Shown piece by piece: positions 26,192-34,340 of a stretch of DNA of 64,000 nucleotides (positions are counted from its first letter, which is position 1; every line of letters begins with the position of its first letter). The translations under genes were made by a program, and so were the position numbers. This DNA comes from Bryobacterales bacterium (GTDB lineage Bacteria; Acidobacteriota; Terriglobia; Bryobacterales; UBA6623), in contig OZ241991.1 of NCBI GenBank assembly GCA_965204095.1, forward strand, positions 2,376,720 through 2,440,719, written 5' to 3'. The notes under the pieces were generated by a model. It did not search any database. It worked only from the letters and a program-made list of their open reading frames with translations, and was not told the origin of the DNA.

Positions 26192-27439
26192 ATGAACCGC
26201 TACGACGCCATCGTGATCGGCGCAGGGCCTTCCGGTTCCACCGCCGCGGCAGTTCTGGCTTCCAAAGGCCGCCGCGTCCTCGCCATCGAGCGGGAAAAGT
26301 TTCCACGGTATCACGTCGGCGAGTCGCTCATCCCGTACACCTATTTCCCACTCGAGCGCATCGGCATGATCGAGCGCATGAAGAAATCACACTTCCCCAG
26401 CAAGTACAGCGTCCAGTTCGTCGGCCGCAGCGGGAACCTCTCTCAGCCGTTCTACTTCTTCGAGCACCTCAAACACGAGGCAGCCTGCACCTGGCAGGTG
26501 CTTCGCAGCGAGTTCGACCAGATGCTTATGGACAACGCCCGCGAAAAGGGCGCCGAAGTTCTGGAAGAAACAAAGGTCACAGAAACGATCGATGAAAACG
26601 GCACCGTTAGCGGCGTGCGTGCGAAAGCCAAGGACGGGAGTATGCTGGAGTTCCGCGCACCGATCACCATCGACGCCTCCGGGCGCGACTCGCTCTCGAT
26701 GCTCCGCAACAACTGGCGCGTGCGGGACGACCAGCTCAAGAAGATTTCGATCTGGACCTATTACAAAGGCGCTCTTCGCGACCCCGGCCGAGATGAAGGC
26801 GCAACCACCATCGCCTCGATTCCTGAACGAGGTTGGTTTTGGTACATCCCTCTCCCCGACGACATGGTCAGCGTCGGTGTCGTCGCGGAAAGCGATTACC
26901 TATATCGCGACACGCGCGACCTGGAAGAAATCTTCCTTCGCGAGGTCACCAACAACCGCTGGATCGAGAAGCATCTTGCGATCGGTCGAAGAACGGAACC
27001 CTTGCGGGTCACCGGAGAGTTCTCCTATCGCTCGCGTTACACCGCCGCCGACGGGTTGGTCCTGACAGGAGACGCCTTCGGTTTCCTCGACCCCGTGTTT
27101 TCCTCGGGACTCTTCTTCGCGCTGCGGGGCGGAGAACTCGTCGCCGACGCCGTTGACGCGGCGTTCACCGCAGGCGACTACTCAGCCGGGCGCTTCAACG
27201 ACTACGCCAACGAGATGTGCAGCGGCATGGAAGCAATGCGCCGCCTGGTCTACGCTTTCTACGACCACGGCTTCAGCTTCGCTGACCTGATGAAGGAGCA
27301 CCCTGATCTCAGCCCCGACCTGACCGATTGCCTGATTGGAAACCTATCCCGCGATTTCGAGCCACTCTTCAAAGCGGTATCGAAGTTCGCCGCCGTCCCG
27401 GACCCGCTGTCCCACGGCCGTCCGCTGGCGGCCGCGTGA
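26192..27439 (+). CDS. FAD-dependent oxidoreductase with flavin-dependent halogenase signatures
   Basis: GAGPSG FAD motif, KFPRYHVGESLIP, and GWFWYIPL matching the WxWxIP motif of flavin-dependent halogenases. It starts 15 nt after the upstream gene. Confidence 0.65.
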   Translation: MNRYDAIVIGAGPSGSTAAAVLASKGRRVLAIEREKFPRYHVGESLIPYTYFPLERIGMIERMKKSHFPSKYSVQFVGRSGNLSQPFYFFEHLKHEAACTWQVLRSEFDQMLMDNAREKGAEVLEETKVTETIDENGTVSGVRAKAKDGSMLEFRAPITIDASGRDSLSMLRNNWRVRDDQLKKISIWTYYKGALRDPGRDEGATTIASIPERGWFWYIPLPDDMVSVGVVAESDYLYRDTRDLEEIFLREVTNNRWIEKHLAIGRRTEPLRVTGEFSYRSRYTAADGLVLTGDAFGFLDPVFSSGLFFALRGGELVADAVDAAFTAGDYSAGRFNDYANEMCSGMEAMRRLVYAFYDHGFSFADLMKEHPDLSPDLTDCLIGNLSRDFEPLFKAVSKFAAVPDPLSHGRPLAAA

Positions 27440-27468
27440 ACAGCCGCCGGGATGTTGTTGCCAAGCGC

Positions 27469-28764
27469 ATGAACTCATTGAAGACGCTGCATCTCGACAG
27501 AGCCGCGCTCAAAGCGCACCAGTTGAAGAAACTGCACGCTCTTCTAAAGACGACCCTTGCCGATAACCCCTTCTACAAGGCGAAGCTGAGGGCCGCCGGC
27601 ACCGATCACCTTCCCGAGAGCCTCGACGACTTCATCACCCGCACACCCTTGACGACCAAGCGGGAACTGGTCGACGATCAACGACGGAACCCGCCGTACG
27701 GGTCCAACCGCGCCTTCCCGATCGAGCACTACTGTCGGTACCACCAGACCAGCGGTACGACCTCCACTCCAGTTCGCTGGCTTGACACGCGCGAGAGTTG
27801 GAACTGGATGGTCGACTCCTGGGAGCATATCTTCGAAGCGGCTGGAATCACGGCACAGGATCGGATCTTCTTCCCCTTCTCCTTCGGTCCGTTTCTCGGT
27901 TTCTGGTCAGCCTTTGACGCGGCGAACCGGATGGGCTGTCTCGCGATTCCCGGCGGAGGCCAGCGCAGTGCGGCGCGTCTCAGCACTATCGTCGACAATG
28001 CCGTCACAGCAATCTGCGCCACGCCTACGTACGCGATTCACCTTGGGGAGGCGGCCCGCGAAGAGAACATCGCCCTCTCGGCCATGAAGGTTCGGGCGAT
28101 CATCGTTGCCGGCGAGCCGGGCGGCGCGATCCCGTCCACTCGAGGGCTGATCGAAAAACTCTGGCCGGGCATCCGCGTGTTCGACCACTACGGCATGACT
28201 GAAGTCGGGCCTGTCAGCTACGAATGCCCCCGCCGCCGGGGTGTCGCCCACGTGATGGAATCGGCCTACCTTGCCGAGGTCATCGATCCCGAAACACTCG
28301 CGCCGGTGAAGCCGGGCGACATCGGCGAACTTGTCCTTACGCCCCTCGGCCGCCTCGGTTCACCCGTGATTCGCTATCGCACGGGCGACCTCGTACGACC
28401 CGCGAACCCCGCACGCTGCGAGTGCGGCAGCTACGAGCTGTCTTTGGAAGGGGGCATCCTCGGGCGGACAGATGACATGGTGATCGTGCGAGGAGTCAAC
28501 CTCTACCCCAGCGCCGTCGAGGACGTGCTGCGGGCAGTTGGCGGGATCGCGGAATTCCAAGTCGATATCAGCACCAACAACGACTTGACAGAGCTACGGC
28601 TTCGGGTCGAGCCTTCCGCCCCGGTCACGGACCCATCTCGTTTCGCAATTCATGTCGAGAAGGCCCTTCACAGCACATTCGGCCTTCGCTTCTCGGTGGA
28701 AAGCGTCACCCCGGGCGCACTTCCTCGATTCGAGATGAAAGCAAAGCGCTGGAAACACAAATGA
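27469..28764 (+). CDS. Phenylacetate-CoA ligase (PaaK) / F390-synthetase family adenylate-forming enzyme
   Basis: YHQTSGTTSTPVRW (AMP-binding core), YGMTE, and the RTDDMVIVRGVNLYP motif of the PaaK family. The alternative GTG 27436 would overlap the upstream stop (GTGA). Confidence 0.75.
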   Translation: MNSLKTLHLDRAALKAHQLKKLHALLKTTLADNPFYKAKLRAAGTDHLPESLDDFITRTPLTTKRELVDDQRRNPPYGSNRAFPIEHYCRYHQTSGTTSTPVRWLDTRESWNWMVDSWEHIFEAAGITAQDRIFFPFSFGPFLGFWSAFDAANRMGCLAIPGGGQRSAARLSTIVDNAVTAICATPTYAIHLGEAAREENIALSAMKVRAIIVAGEPGGAIPSTRGLIEKLWPGIRVFDHYGMTEVGPVSYECPRRRGVAHVMESAYLAEVIDPETLAPVKPGDIGELVLTPLGRLGSPVIRYRTGDLVRPANPARCECGSYELSLEGGILGRTDDMVIVRGVNLYPSAVEDVLRAVGGIAEFQVDISTNNDLTELRLRVEPSAPVTDPSRFAIHVEKALHSTFGLRFSVESVTPGALPRFEMKAKRWKHK

Positions 28765-28817
28765 ACCGGAGTCCGGAACCCTCCTGCCGAATACCCTGTT
28801 CTTCCGAGCCCGGGCTC

Positions 28818-29536
28818 TAACCTGCATTTCTCACCACCCGACGGCGGCCGCACGCGAAAAAAGCCGTGATTCGTGTTTCGTGAAAAACCTTACAGGCGGT
28901 GTTGCCGGTGCGGGGGACGGTCGCCGCCCATGCCGCGCCATAGCCGCCCCATGCCGCGCCACGCCGAGGGCAAGTCGATCCGGGTGATTGCCGACATCCT
29001 GTCATCATGCTAGGCCGGCCGGGGCGAAAAAAAAAGACTGAAGGGCTTCAGTACCAACAGGTACCGTTCAAGCCACGTGATTCGTGAAAAACATAAAGGC
29101 CGTGACTCGTGTCTCGTGATTTGTGTTTCGTAAAGACCTTAAAATCAGTGGCTTATGGCTGGTGAACGCCTGGGGAACCCTGATTCGCGACCCGCACGGA
29201 CTGCGCCTCGCCGCCTCCGTATGCTCATGCCTAGCAGGCCGGGGCAGAAAAAACAAGACTGAAGGGCTTCAGTACCAACAGGTATCAAACGTGCCACGGG
29301 AATGGCCGTGATTCGTGTCTCGTGTCTCGTGTTTCGTGAAAACCATTGGTGAGGCTTGGTTCGCTCCAGAAGAAATGTCTGACGGCCTGTGAACCGTAAA
29401 TGCTGTGTTGCGTGTCTTGTAACCCGAGCCTGCAGGAGGCGATACGGCCGCTACACCTGCGCCAAGCGGCGCGCGCATCGTCCTGACGGTCCTCTCACAC
29501 ACTTCGCCTCGCCACGTGGGTGAGAAAAGCAGGCTA
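28818..29536 (+). mobile_element. Composite/nested MITE-like repeat (copy 7) with an internal duplication of about 222 bp
   Basis: The 5' TIR TAACCTGCATTTCTCACCACCCGACGG and the 3' arm ...CCACGTGGGTGAGAAAAGCAGGCTA bracket four heptamer blocks. They also bracket two copies of GGCCGGGGC-A(6-9)-GACTGAAGGGCTTCAGTACCAACAGGTA (about 29011 and 29236). Confidence 0.7.
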
Positions 29537-29730
29537 ACCGTAACGCGCAGCTCGCCCGGAAGCCTTCCTCACTGACGAGCACTTATCTTGGCGCCATGGC
29601 GAGCAGACAATACGCAACCCGTCCCAACAGGATGAAAGGTCAGCAGACACCGAAGAAGCGGGTCCCGAGACAGGGACGATATACCGACGAAGCGCCGATG
29701 ATACAATGAGAGCCGCTCAGGACAGGAAAA

Positions 29731-29758
29731 GCCGCGCGCACTCGGCGCGCAGCCTTTT
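29731..29758. terminator. GC-rich hairpin flanked by A4/T4 (bidirectional terminator-like)
   Basis: AAAAGCC-GCGCGC-ACTCG-GCGCGC-AGCCTTTT, 32 nt upstream of tRNA-Lys. Confidence 0.35.
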
Positions 29759-29790
29759 CAGAAACCAAGCATTCAGTTATTTCCCCTTCC

Positions 29791-29866
29791 GGGCGCGTAG
29801 CTCAATTGGTAGAGCAAGTGACTCTTAATCACTAGGTTCGGGGTTCGATTCCCTGCGCGCTCACCA
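29791..29866 (+). tRNA. tRNA-Lys (anticodon CUU), CCA encoded
   Basis: I folded the cloverleaf by hand. Acceptor GGGCGCG/CGCGCTC, D arm GCTC-AATTGGT-AGAGC. Anticodon stem AGTGA/TCACT with loop CT-CTT-AA, and T arm CGGGG-TTCGATT-CCCTG. Discriminator A plus CCA. Confidence 0.9.
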
Positions 29867-30004
29867 TTTCTTTTCAACAACTTACTGGATGAACGTCCTT
29901 GCCGACATCATGCGCGTGTCAGCACTATGTCAGCAAACCGACACCCGCGAAACTCATATCTCCCGCCGCGACGAAGCTCAACCAGCGACGCGGGCAGCGG
30001 TGAT

Positions 30005-30298
30005 TTAGCGGCCGAGTTCTTCCTGAACAATCGATAGGCGCTTTTCGATCAATGCGAGAATCACGCGAGCCGACCCATCTGGTCGGCGCCGTCCTTGCTC
30101 CCAATTCTTGAGCGTGCCCAACGGTATGCCGATGCTCTTGGCAAAAGCCGGTTGCGAGAGTCCCGTCTTGCCTCGGATCGCCACGACATCGGGCTCGGGC
30201 ACCTCGATGTCATGCACCGTGAACCCGTCTCGTTTGCCTCCCAAGTAGCCTCGGGCATCCTCGAACCCGGCAATGACCTAGTCGTATGCCTTGCTCAT
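30005..30298 (-). pseudogene. HTH (XRE/MqsA-like) antitoxin interrupted by an in-frame TAG
   Basis: Reading from ATG 30298 gives MSKAYD-TAG(30280-30278)-VIAGFEDARGYLGGKRDGFTVHDIEVPEPDVVAIRGKTGLSQPAFAKSIGIPLGTLKNWEQGRRRP. This is the usual N-terminus plus HTH of this antitoxin class. Only 30005..30244 (TTG start) remains as an ORF. Confidence 0.5.
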
Positions 30299-30545
30299 GG
30301 TTTACGTCCCCAGTAATCTTGAATCAGGTTTTTTGCGGCCGTGGTCAAGGCCACTCGTACTCGTGCGCTGAGATTCGCTTTCTTATTCTTGGTAAAGACG
30401 GTGAGCTACAAGCAACGTCATGGGGAAAGTACACCGCCCAGAACGTAGCGCAACTGCCGTACGCGAAGACGAAGTGAAGGGATTAATACAGGAGCTACGA
30501 ATCCTTTACCGGGGTTGGTGCGTCGCAGACTGCATGTCTCAGCCG
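30295..30545 (-). pseudogene. Decayed toxin gene upstream of the antitoxin (weak DUF497/BrnT-like resemblance)
   Basis: Three frames carry consecutive pieces: ...APVLIPSLRLRVRQLRYVLGGVLSP* / TLLVAHRLYQE* / KKANLSARVRVALTTAAKNLIQDYWGRKP*. The last TGA overlaps the antitoxin ATG (ATGA), as in TA operons. The family assignment is by motif resemblance only. Confidence 0.3.
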
Positions 30546-30550
30546 CCCGT

Positions 30551-30645
30551 CCCTCAAAAACTTCCCCCAGGAGCCCGCAGGAGGCGTTTTCAGCCTTCGG
30601 TTGGACCTAAACTGTCTACGGAAATGGCGTTGTGGGGGTGGCTTC
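30551..30645 (-). repeat. E2 intergenic structured repeat, copy a
   Basis: The minus strand reads ...GTTTAGGTCCAACCGAAGGCTGAAAACGCCTCCTGCGGGCTCCTGGGGGAAGTTTTTG. It aligns with the copies at 30971, 32734, 35930 and 36573. Confidence 0.6.
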
Positions 30646-30653
30646 GTCTCTGC

Positions 30654-30863
30654 TCAGCGACAAACGTAGCCGATGTAGATCGCCAGGACCGCCGCGGGAA
30701 TCCACCCGAGAACCGCGCCCCACAGCAAGAACCACACCGCTAGCGAGCCCCAGGCGGCGAGGAAGACGATGGCCGCGACCCAACGGCCGCGGTTGCTCTC
30801 GAGCACGTCAATCATCACGTAGCGAAGGGCGGTGAGCAGCTCGAGTCGGGCGGCTTTGCTCAT
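30654..30863 (-). CDS. small hypothetical membrane protein (69 aa)
   Basis: MSKAARLELLTALRYVMIDVLESNRGRWVAAIVFLAAWGSLAVWFLLWGAVLGWIPAAVLAIYIGYVCR has two predicted TM helices. The longer 117-aa ORF upstream runs through repeat sequence. Confidence 0.4.
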   Translation of the reverse strand: MSKAARLELLTALRYVMIDVLESNRGRWVAAIVFLAAWGSLAVWFLLWGAVLGWIPAAVLAIYIGYVCR

Positions 30864-30970
30864 GGGAATCTTCGGGCGGGGACGGACTAAAAAAGGGGGG
30901 CGGTCCGCGGGGATTCGAGTGCGTCTCTCGCAGCCAGAGGATCCTACACCCGCCAGCACGCACGGACGAG

Positions 30971-31110
30971 CCGACCGCTCGGGACCGCCCTCTGCCCACC
31001 ATAGCACCGCCGCGGCCGTTTCCCGCCTCAGGATCCCCGTCCTCAGAAAAAACCCGCCTCAGGAAGCCCATAGAGGAGTTTTCGGCCTCGCGGTGAACCG
31101 AAAGTACCTG
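30971..31110 (-). repeat. E2 intergenic structured repeat, copy b
   Basis: The minus strand reads GAAAACTCCTCTATGGGCTTCCTGAGGCGGGTTTTTT...GGAAACGGCCGCGGCGGTGCTATGGTGGGCAGAGGGCGGTCCCGAGCGG. Confidence 0.6.
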
Positions 31111-31236
31111 CCATCCTCGCCTAAAAGACGCTGATGGCGGGTTCCGACGACGCCGATCTCGTTGGCAAAGAGGGGTGCCCGTGGGAGTTGGTTCGCAGAA
31201 AGAGGCAGTCCCAGTCGCCGACTGCTCTAAGTCTTG

Positions 31237-32298
31237 CTAGGCGGCGGCCCCACCCCGTCTGATCTTCTGCCACGCATCATGCACGTTGTTCGCGAGCGTG
31301 GTGATCGCCTCCTTGTGCAGCTCCCATTTCTTCTCGTCCAACAGACAATACCATTGCTCCGAGACTCGTTTGGTCGGCGGCGCATTAGGTGGTTCCTCGA
31401 ACTTGAATGGGATTGTCCCTTTCTTGTCCTGAAACTGTTCCCAACAGACATCGACTGCTGCTGGATAGAACGTGACGCGTAGCTTGCCGCTTTGGTCGAT
31501 CACTACCGAATGAGAGCCGTAAACATTGACATCGTCGGGAAGCGTGATTTTGGGCATATAAAAGGTGAAGCCAGACTTCGTTGGATACCCGTTAGAGGCG
31601 ATGCCTAGAGCTTCGACCGCATCCTGCCAGAGGCTCGCTATGTTTAGATCCCTAGCCCGCTCTGCAAGTGTACGGCGGCGCTCACTGGCTGTGTCTGATC
31701 TGCGGATGTCACCGCCATCAACACTTCCTTCTACCTGTCTGGCCAGAATCATTCTGTCTCCGCATTGGTACCCGTGGAATGTCAAGAGAGAGATGTCTAC
31801 TCCTCTCTCCACTAGAAACTCGACCATGCGGTGCGCTCGGTCGTCAGCACCGAGGCCGACCAGCTCTATTTTTATCGGCCTCAAGGAGATCAGCTGCTTT
31901 CCCTGTCGGTCGCCGTACCACGATTCAAAATCATCGATCTTGTCAACTTCGTTCTTCCCCGAGTGATTGGCAATGTAAGTTGCCAATTCGGTTTCCGTCA
32001 GGGATTCAAGATAGGAGCAGTAATCAATGGCCTGTGCTACGGCGTCCCGCGTAAGTTTTTCTCGCTTCAACTCGAACACAACGAGTCTGCCGTCCCCGTC
32101 CACGCCGAGCAGATCGAGAAAGCCACCGTCGATCGGCGTCTGACGGCCCACAAGCGTCAGGCCCGGCATCAGCATGTCCGGATTCCTGACCAGCACCTCC
32201 TCTAGCAAATGCTCTGTTTCTATCCGATTGGTCGATTCCACCGGCTCTGCAGCTTTTGATGAGCCGTCAACCTCCCATATTCTGATATCGTTCGTCAT
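31237..32298 (-). CDS. NucS/DUF91-like PD-(D/E)xK nuclease domain protein with an unknown C-terminal domain of about 160 aa
   Basis: 353-aa ORF. GFLDLLGVDGDGRLVVFELKREKLTRDAVAQAIDYCSYL matches the D...E-x-K core of NucS/DUF91-type nucleases. Hand counts on three 60-nt lines give 42-55% GC, against about 65% for flanking core genes. Confidence 0.65.
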   Translation of the reverse strand: MTNDIRIWEVDGSSKAAEPVESTNRIETEHLLEEVLVRNPDMLMPGLTLVGRQTPIDGGFLDLLGVDGDGRLVVFELKREKLTRDAVAQAIDYCSYLESLTETELATYIANHSGKNEVDKIDDFESWYGDRQGKQLISLRPIKIELVGLGADDRAHRMVEFLVERGVDISLLTFHGYQCGDRMILARQVEGSVDGGDIRRSDTASERRRTLAERARDLNIASLWQDAVEALGIASNGYPTKSGFTFYMPKITLPDDVNVYGSHSVVIDQSGKLRVTFYPAAVDVCWEQFQDKKGTIPFKFEEPPNAPPTKRVSEQWYCLLDEKKWELHKEAITTLANNVHDAWQKIRRGGAAA

Positions 32299-32309
32299 GT
32301 TCCGACCTC

Positions 32310-32460
32310 GGTTTCCGAACCTCGCCGTCCGCCGCCCGAACGGCGGCGTTCTTGCTCATCAAACCTAAACCAACCAGGGCTGGCTGGGCGGAGGCCGCCG
32401 CAGCGGGTTTCGCCGTGGGCGCTTTTTCTTGTCGTTCCCACATGGCGGTTCCTGACGGCC
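32310..32460 (-). repeat. E2-like repeat, degenerate copy c
   Basis: The minus strand GGTTGGTTTAGGTTTGATGAGCAAGAACGCCGCCGTTCGGGCGGCGG parallels GGTTTAGGGTCC...GAGAAAACGCCTCC...GGCGCGGG of the other copies. Confidence 0.35.
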
Positions 32461-32463
32461 CTG

Positions 32464-32733
32464 CTAGCGCCGCAGGCGCTCGACATCGATCACCTCACCG
32501 CCGCGGCGGACCTCGGCCAACGGCTCGTGGCGGCGTGCGGGTTCGGGATCCTGGATATCGAGCTGTTGCAGCTCCCGCTTCAGCCGAAACGCCCTCTCTT
32601 CGGCCTTGAGGGTCTCCTTGAGCGCCGGGGCCTTCGCCGGCAACTCCCGACGCAGTTTGAAGGCGATCTCGGAGAGCCCCGCGTGGGCTTCGGCGGCGGT
32701 GCGGACGAGCTCAAGGCGTTCGTCTTCGCTCAT
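32464..32733 (-). CDS. small hypothetical protein (89 aa), intact member of a 3-copy family
   Basis: MSEDERLELVRTAAEAHAGLSEIAFKLRRELPAKAPALKETLKAEERAFRLKRELQQLDIQDPEPARRHEPLAEVRRGGEVIDVERLRR. GGGAG lies upstream. Paralogous remnants are at 36304-36572 and 35858-35929. Confidence 0.45.
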   Translation of the reverse strand: MSEDERLELVRTAAEAHAGLSEIAFKLRRELPAKAPALKETLKAEERAFRLKRELQQLDIQDPEPARRHEPLAEVRRGGEVIDVERLRR

Positions 32734-32960
32734 GGGAGCCGCTCCCGGGACAGGGAACTGCCCCAACCATACCACCTCGGCCACGCGTTTCCGCCGGCAC
32801 CGGTAAAAAACCCGCGCCAGGAGCCCCGTGGAGGCGTTTTCTCGATCGACCCGGACCCTAAACCTGGGTTTACGCCTTGAGAAACGCCATTGACGGGTCC
32901 TGTTGGGTCCCGCACTGCCCCTTGGAGCGGGGCAGGAAGACCTCCTCGGTCCGCCCGGAG
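32734..32960 (-). repeat. E2 intergenic structured repeat, copy d (most complete)
   Basis: It contains nested imperfect palindromes: GGCGTTTCTC...TAAACC-CA-GGTTTA...GAGAAAACGCC, then CGCCTCC-N-GGCGCGGGTTTTTT, then GGTGGTATGGTTGGGGCAGTTCCCTG. Confidence 0.6.
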
Positions 32961-33136
32961 AAACAGATGCCGAGAGTCGGAACGGAAGATTGCGTAGAAT
33001 GAATCGATCCCCGTCAGTAAGGGGTGAAGCCGCGCGACCGGTGCCGACGGGGCGGCAAGAGGGGGCCAAGCCCGCCATGCGTCGCGACCCGAAAAAGCGG
33101 CCCCCGACAAAGGATCGTCGGTCGCAAGGTGGCTAG

Positions 33137-33652
33137 ATGGCCGAGGCGAAGTCGGAAGATCTCATCCCGGTCGAACGCATTGCCGCTCAGATCTACGTGA
33201 TCCGTGGGCAGAGTGTCATGCTTGATTCCGACCTGGCCGAGCTGTACGGCGTGAGCACCAGCCGACTGAACGAGCAGGTGAAACGCAACAGGCGGCGGTT
33301 CCCTGACGATTTCTCCTTTCAGCTCACCGCCGAAGAGGCTTTGATGTCGCAATTTGCGATATCAAAGGGCGGCCGGGGAGGGCGGCGTAAACCACCCCGA
33401 GTCTTCAGCGAGCAGGGAATGGCCATGCTGTCTTCCGTGCTGCGTTGCGACCGCGCTGAAGACGTGAACGTGGCAATGATGCGGACCTTCGTGCGGCTAC
33501 GCCAAGTGCTGTCCAGCAACGAAGAACTGGCACGCAAAGTGGCCCAGCACGATCAGAAGATCGACATTCTCTTTGCGCACTTCAGAGGTCTGTTGGAGCT
33601 ACCCGAACCGCCGAAGAAAGCCCGGATTGGGTTTCACGTGACGGGTGAATGA
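33137..33652 (+). CDS. ORF6N domain-containing protein (KilA-N-related DNA-binding)
   Basis: IYVIRGQSVMLDSDLAELYGVSTSRLNEQVKRNRRRFPDDFSFQLT...FSEQGMAMLSSVLRCDRAEDVNVAMMRTFVRLR is the canonical ORF6N pattern. Confidence 0.8.
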   Translation: MAEAKSEDLIPVERIAAQIYVIRGQSVMLDSDLAELYGVSTSRLNEQVKRNRRRFPDDFSFQLTAEEALMSQFAISKGGRGGRRKPPRVFSEQGMAMLSSVLRCDRAEDVNVAMMRTFVRLRQVLSSNEELARKVAQHDQKIDILFAHFRGLLELPEPPKKARIGFHVTGE

Positions 33653-34068
33653 CGAGCGCTAGCTGAGCGCGGTCCGCGGCGGTTCGCGTGCACTCTCGCG
33701 GCCGGGGAGTCCAAGCCTCGCCGCCCGCGACGTCCTCCCCCGAAGTGTGCAGTTTTCGGTTGCCATTGACAACGCTCACGGCTGCGCCGTTCGCGTCACC
33801 CAAGGCTCCCTTTTGAGGCAGGGAAGGGCTGCAATTCGAGTGCCAAGTCGAGGGCAAGCCCCGGAAATCGGGAGAAAGCGTCCCGTTTCATCCATCTGCC
33901 CCCTCGCCTGTACGTTTTGCCGGAGTCGAACACGCCGGAACTCTGCCAAACCGACCACCGCGAGCTCGATGCCGGAAAAACCACGCCCTCAACTCACCTA
34001 CAAGCGACGATCACGGCGGTCCCGCACCTCCAGCACCCCGGAATCGGGCCGGTTTAACCCCATCACAT

Positions 34069-34240
34069 TCAGGTGAATTTGAGCAGTCCGACAGTCAGGG
34101 CGACGATGCCCCGCCTTGAGGTCGGCGACATCGGCTTTGGTAGCCACGGTGTCATTGTCGGCCAGCGTATCAACCACAGCATCGGCCTGGAGCTTGCGGA
34201 CGACTCGACTAATGCCGCCCAATCCATCGAATCATGGCCA
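34069..34240 (-). pseudogene. Possible DUF1640-like gene remnant (multiple frameshifts)
   Basis: One frame gives ...RKLQADAVVDTLADNDTVATKADVADLKAG. A second frame gives the TM-like tail GIVALTVGLLKFT*. The resemblance is weak. Confidence 0.2.
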
Positions 34241-34340
34241 AATCTACCGAACCCCACAAGGTGCGCGCCTGCGGTGCTGGAGAAAGCCATCCCGGCCCTC
34301 ATCTAGAATGGATCCCGGTTGCAACGAGGGGGATTGTCGA

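Noticed and set aside
29867-30004. Integrase remnant or att direct repeat next to tRNA-Lys
   Set aside because: Translating all frames of 29867-30004 gave nothing integrase-like. I found no copy of the tRNA 3' end (GGTTCGATTCCCTGCGCGCTCACCA) further downstream by eye. A mismatch-tolerant search is still needed.
32464-33078. 204-aa version of the small ORF, extending upstream to 33078
   Set aside because: The upstream part runs through the E2 repeat, which is also conserved where no ORF follows (30971-31110). An ATG at 32733 with GGGAG upstream gives the 89-aa product shared by the paralogues.
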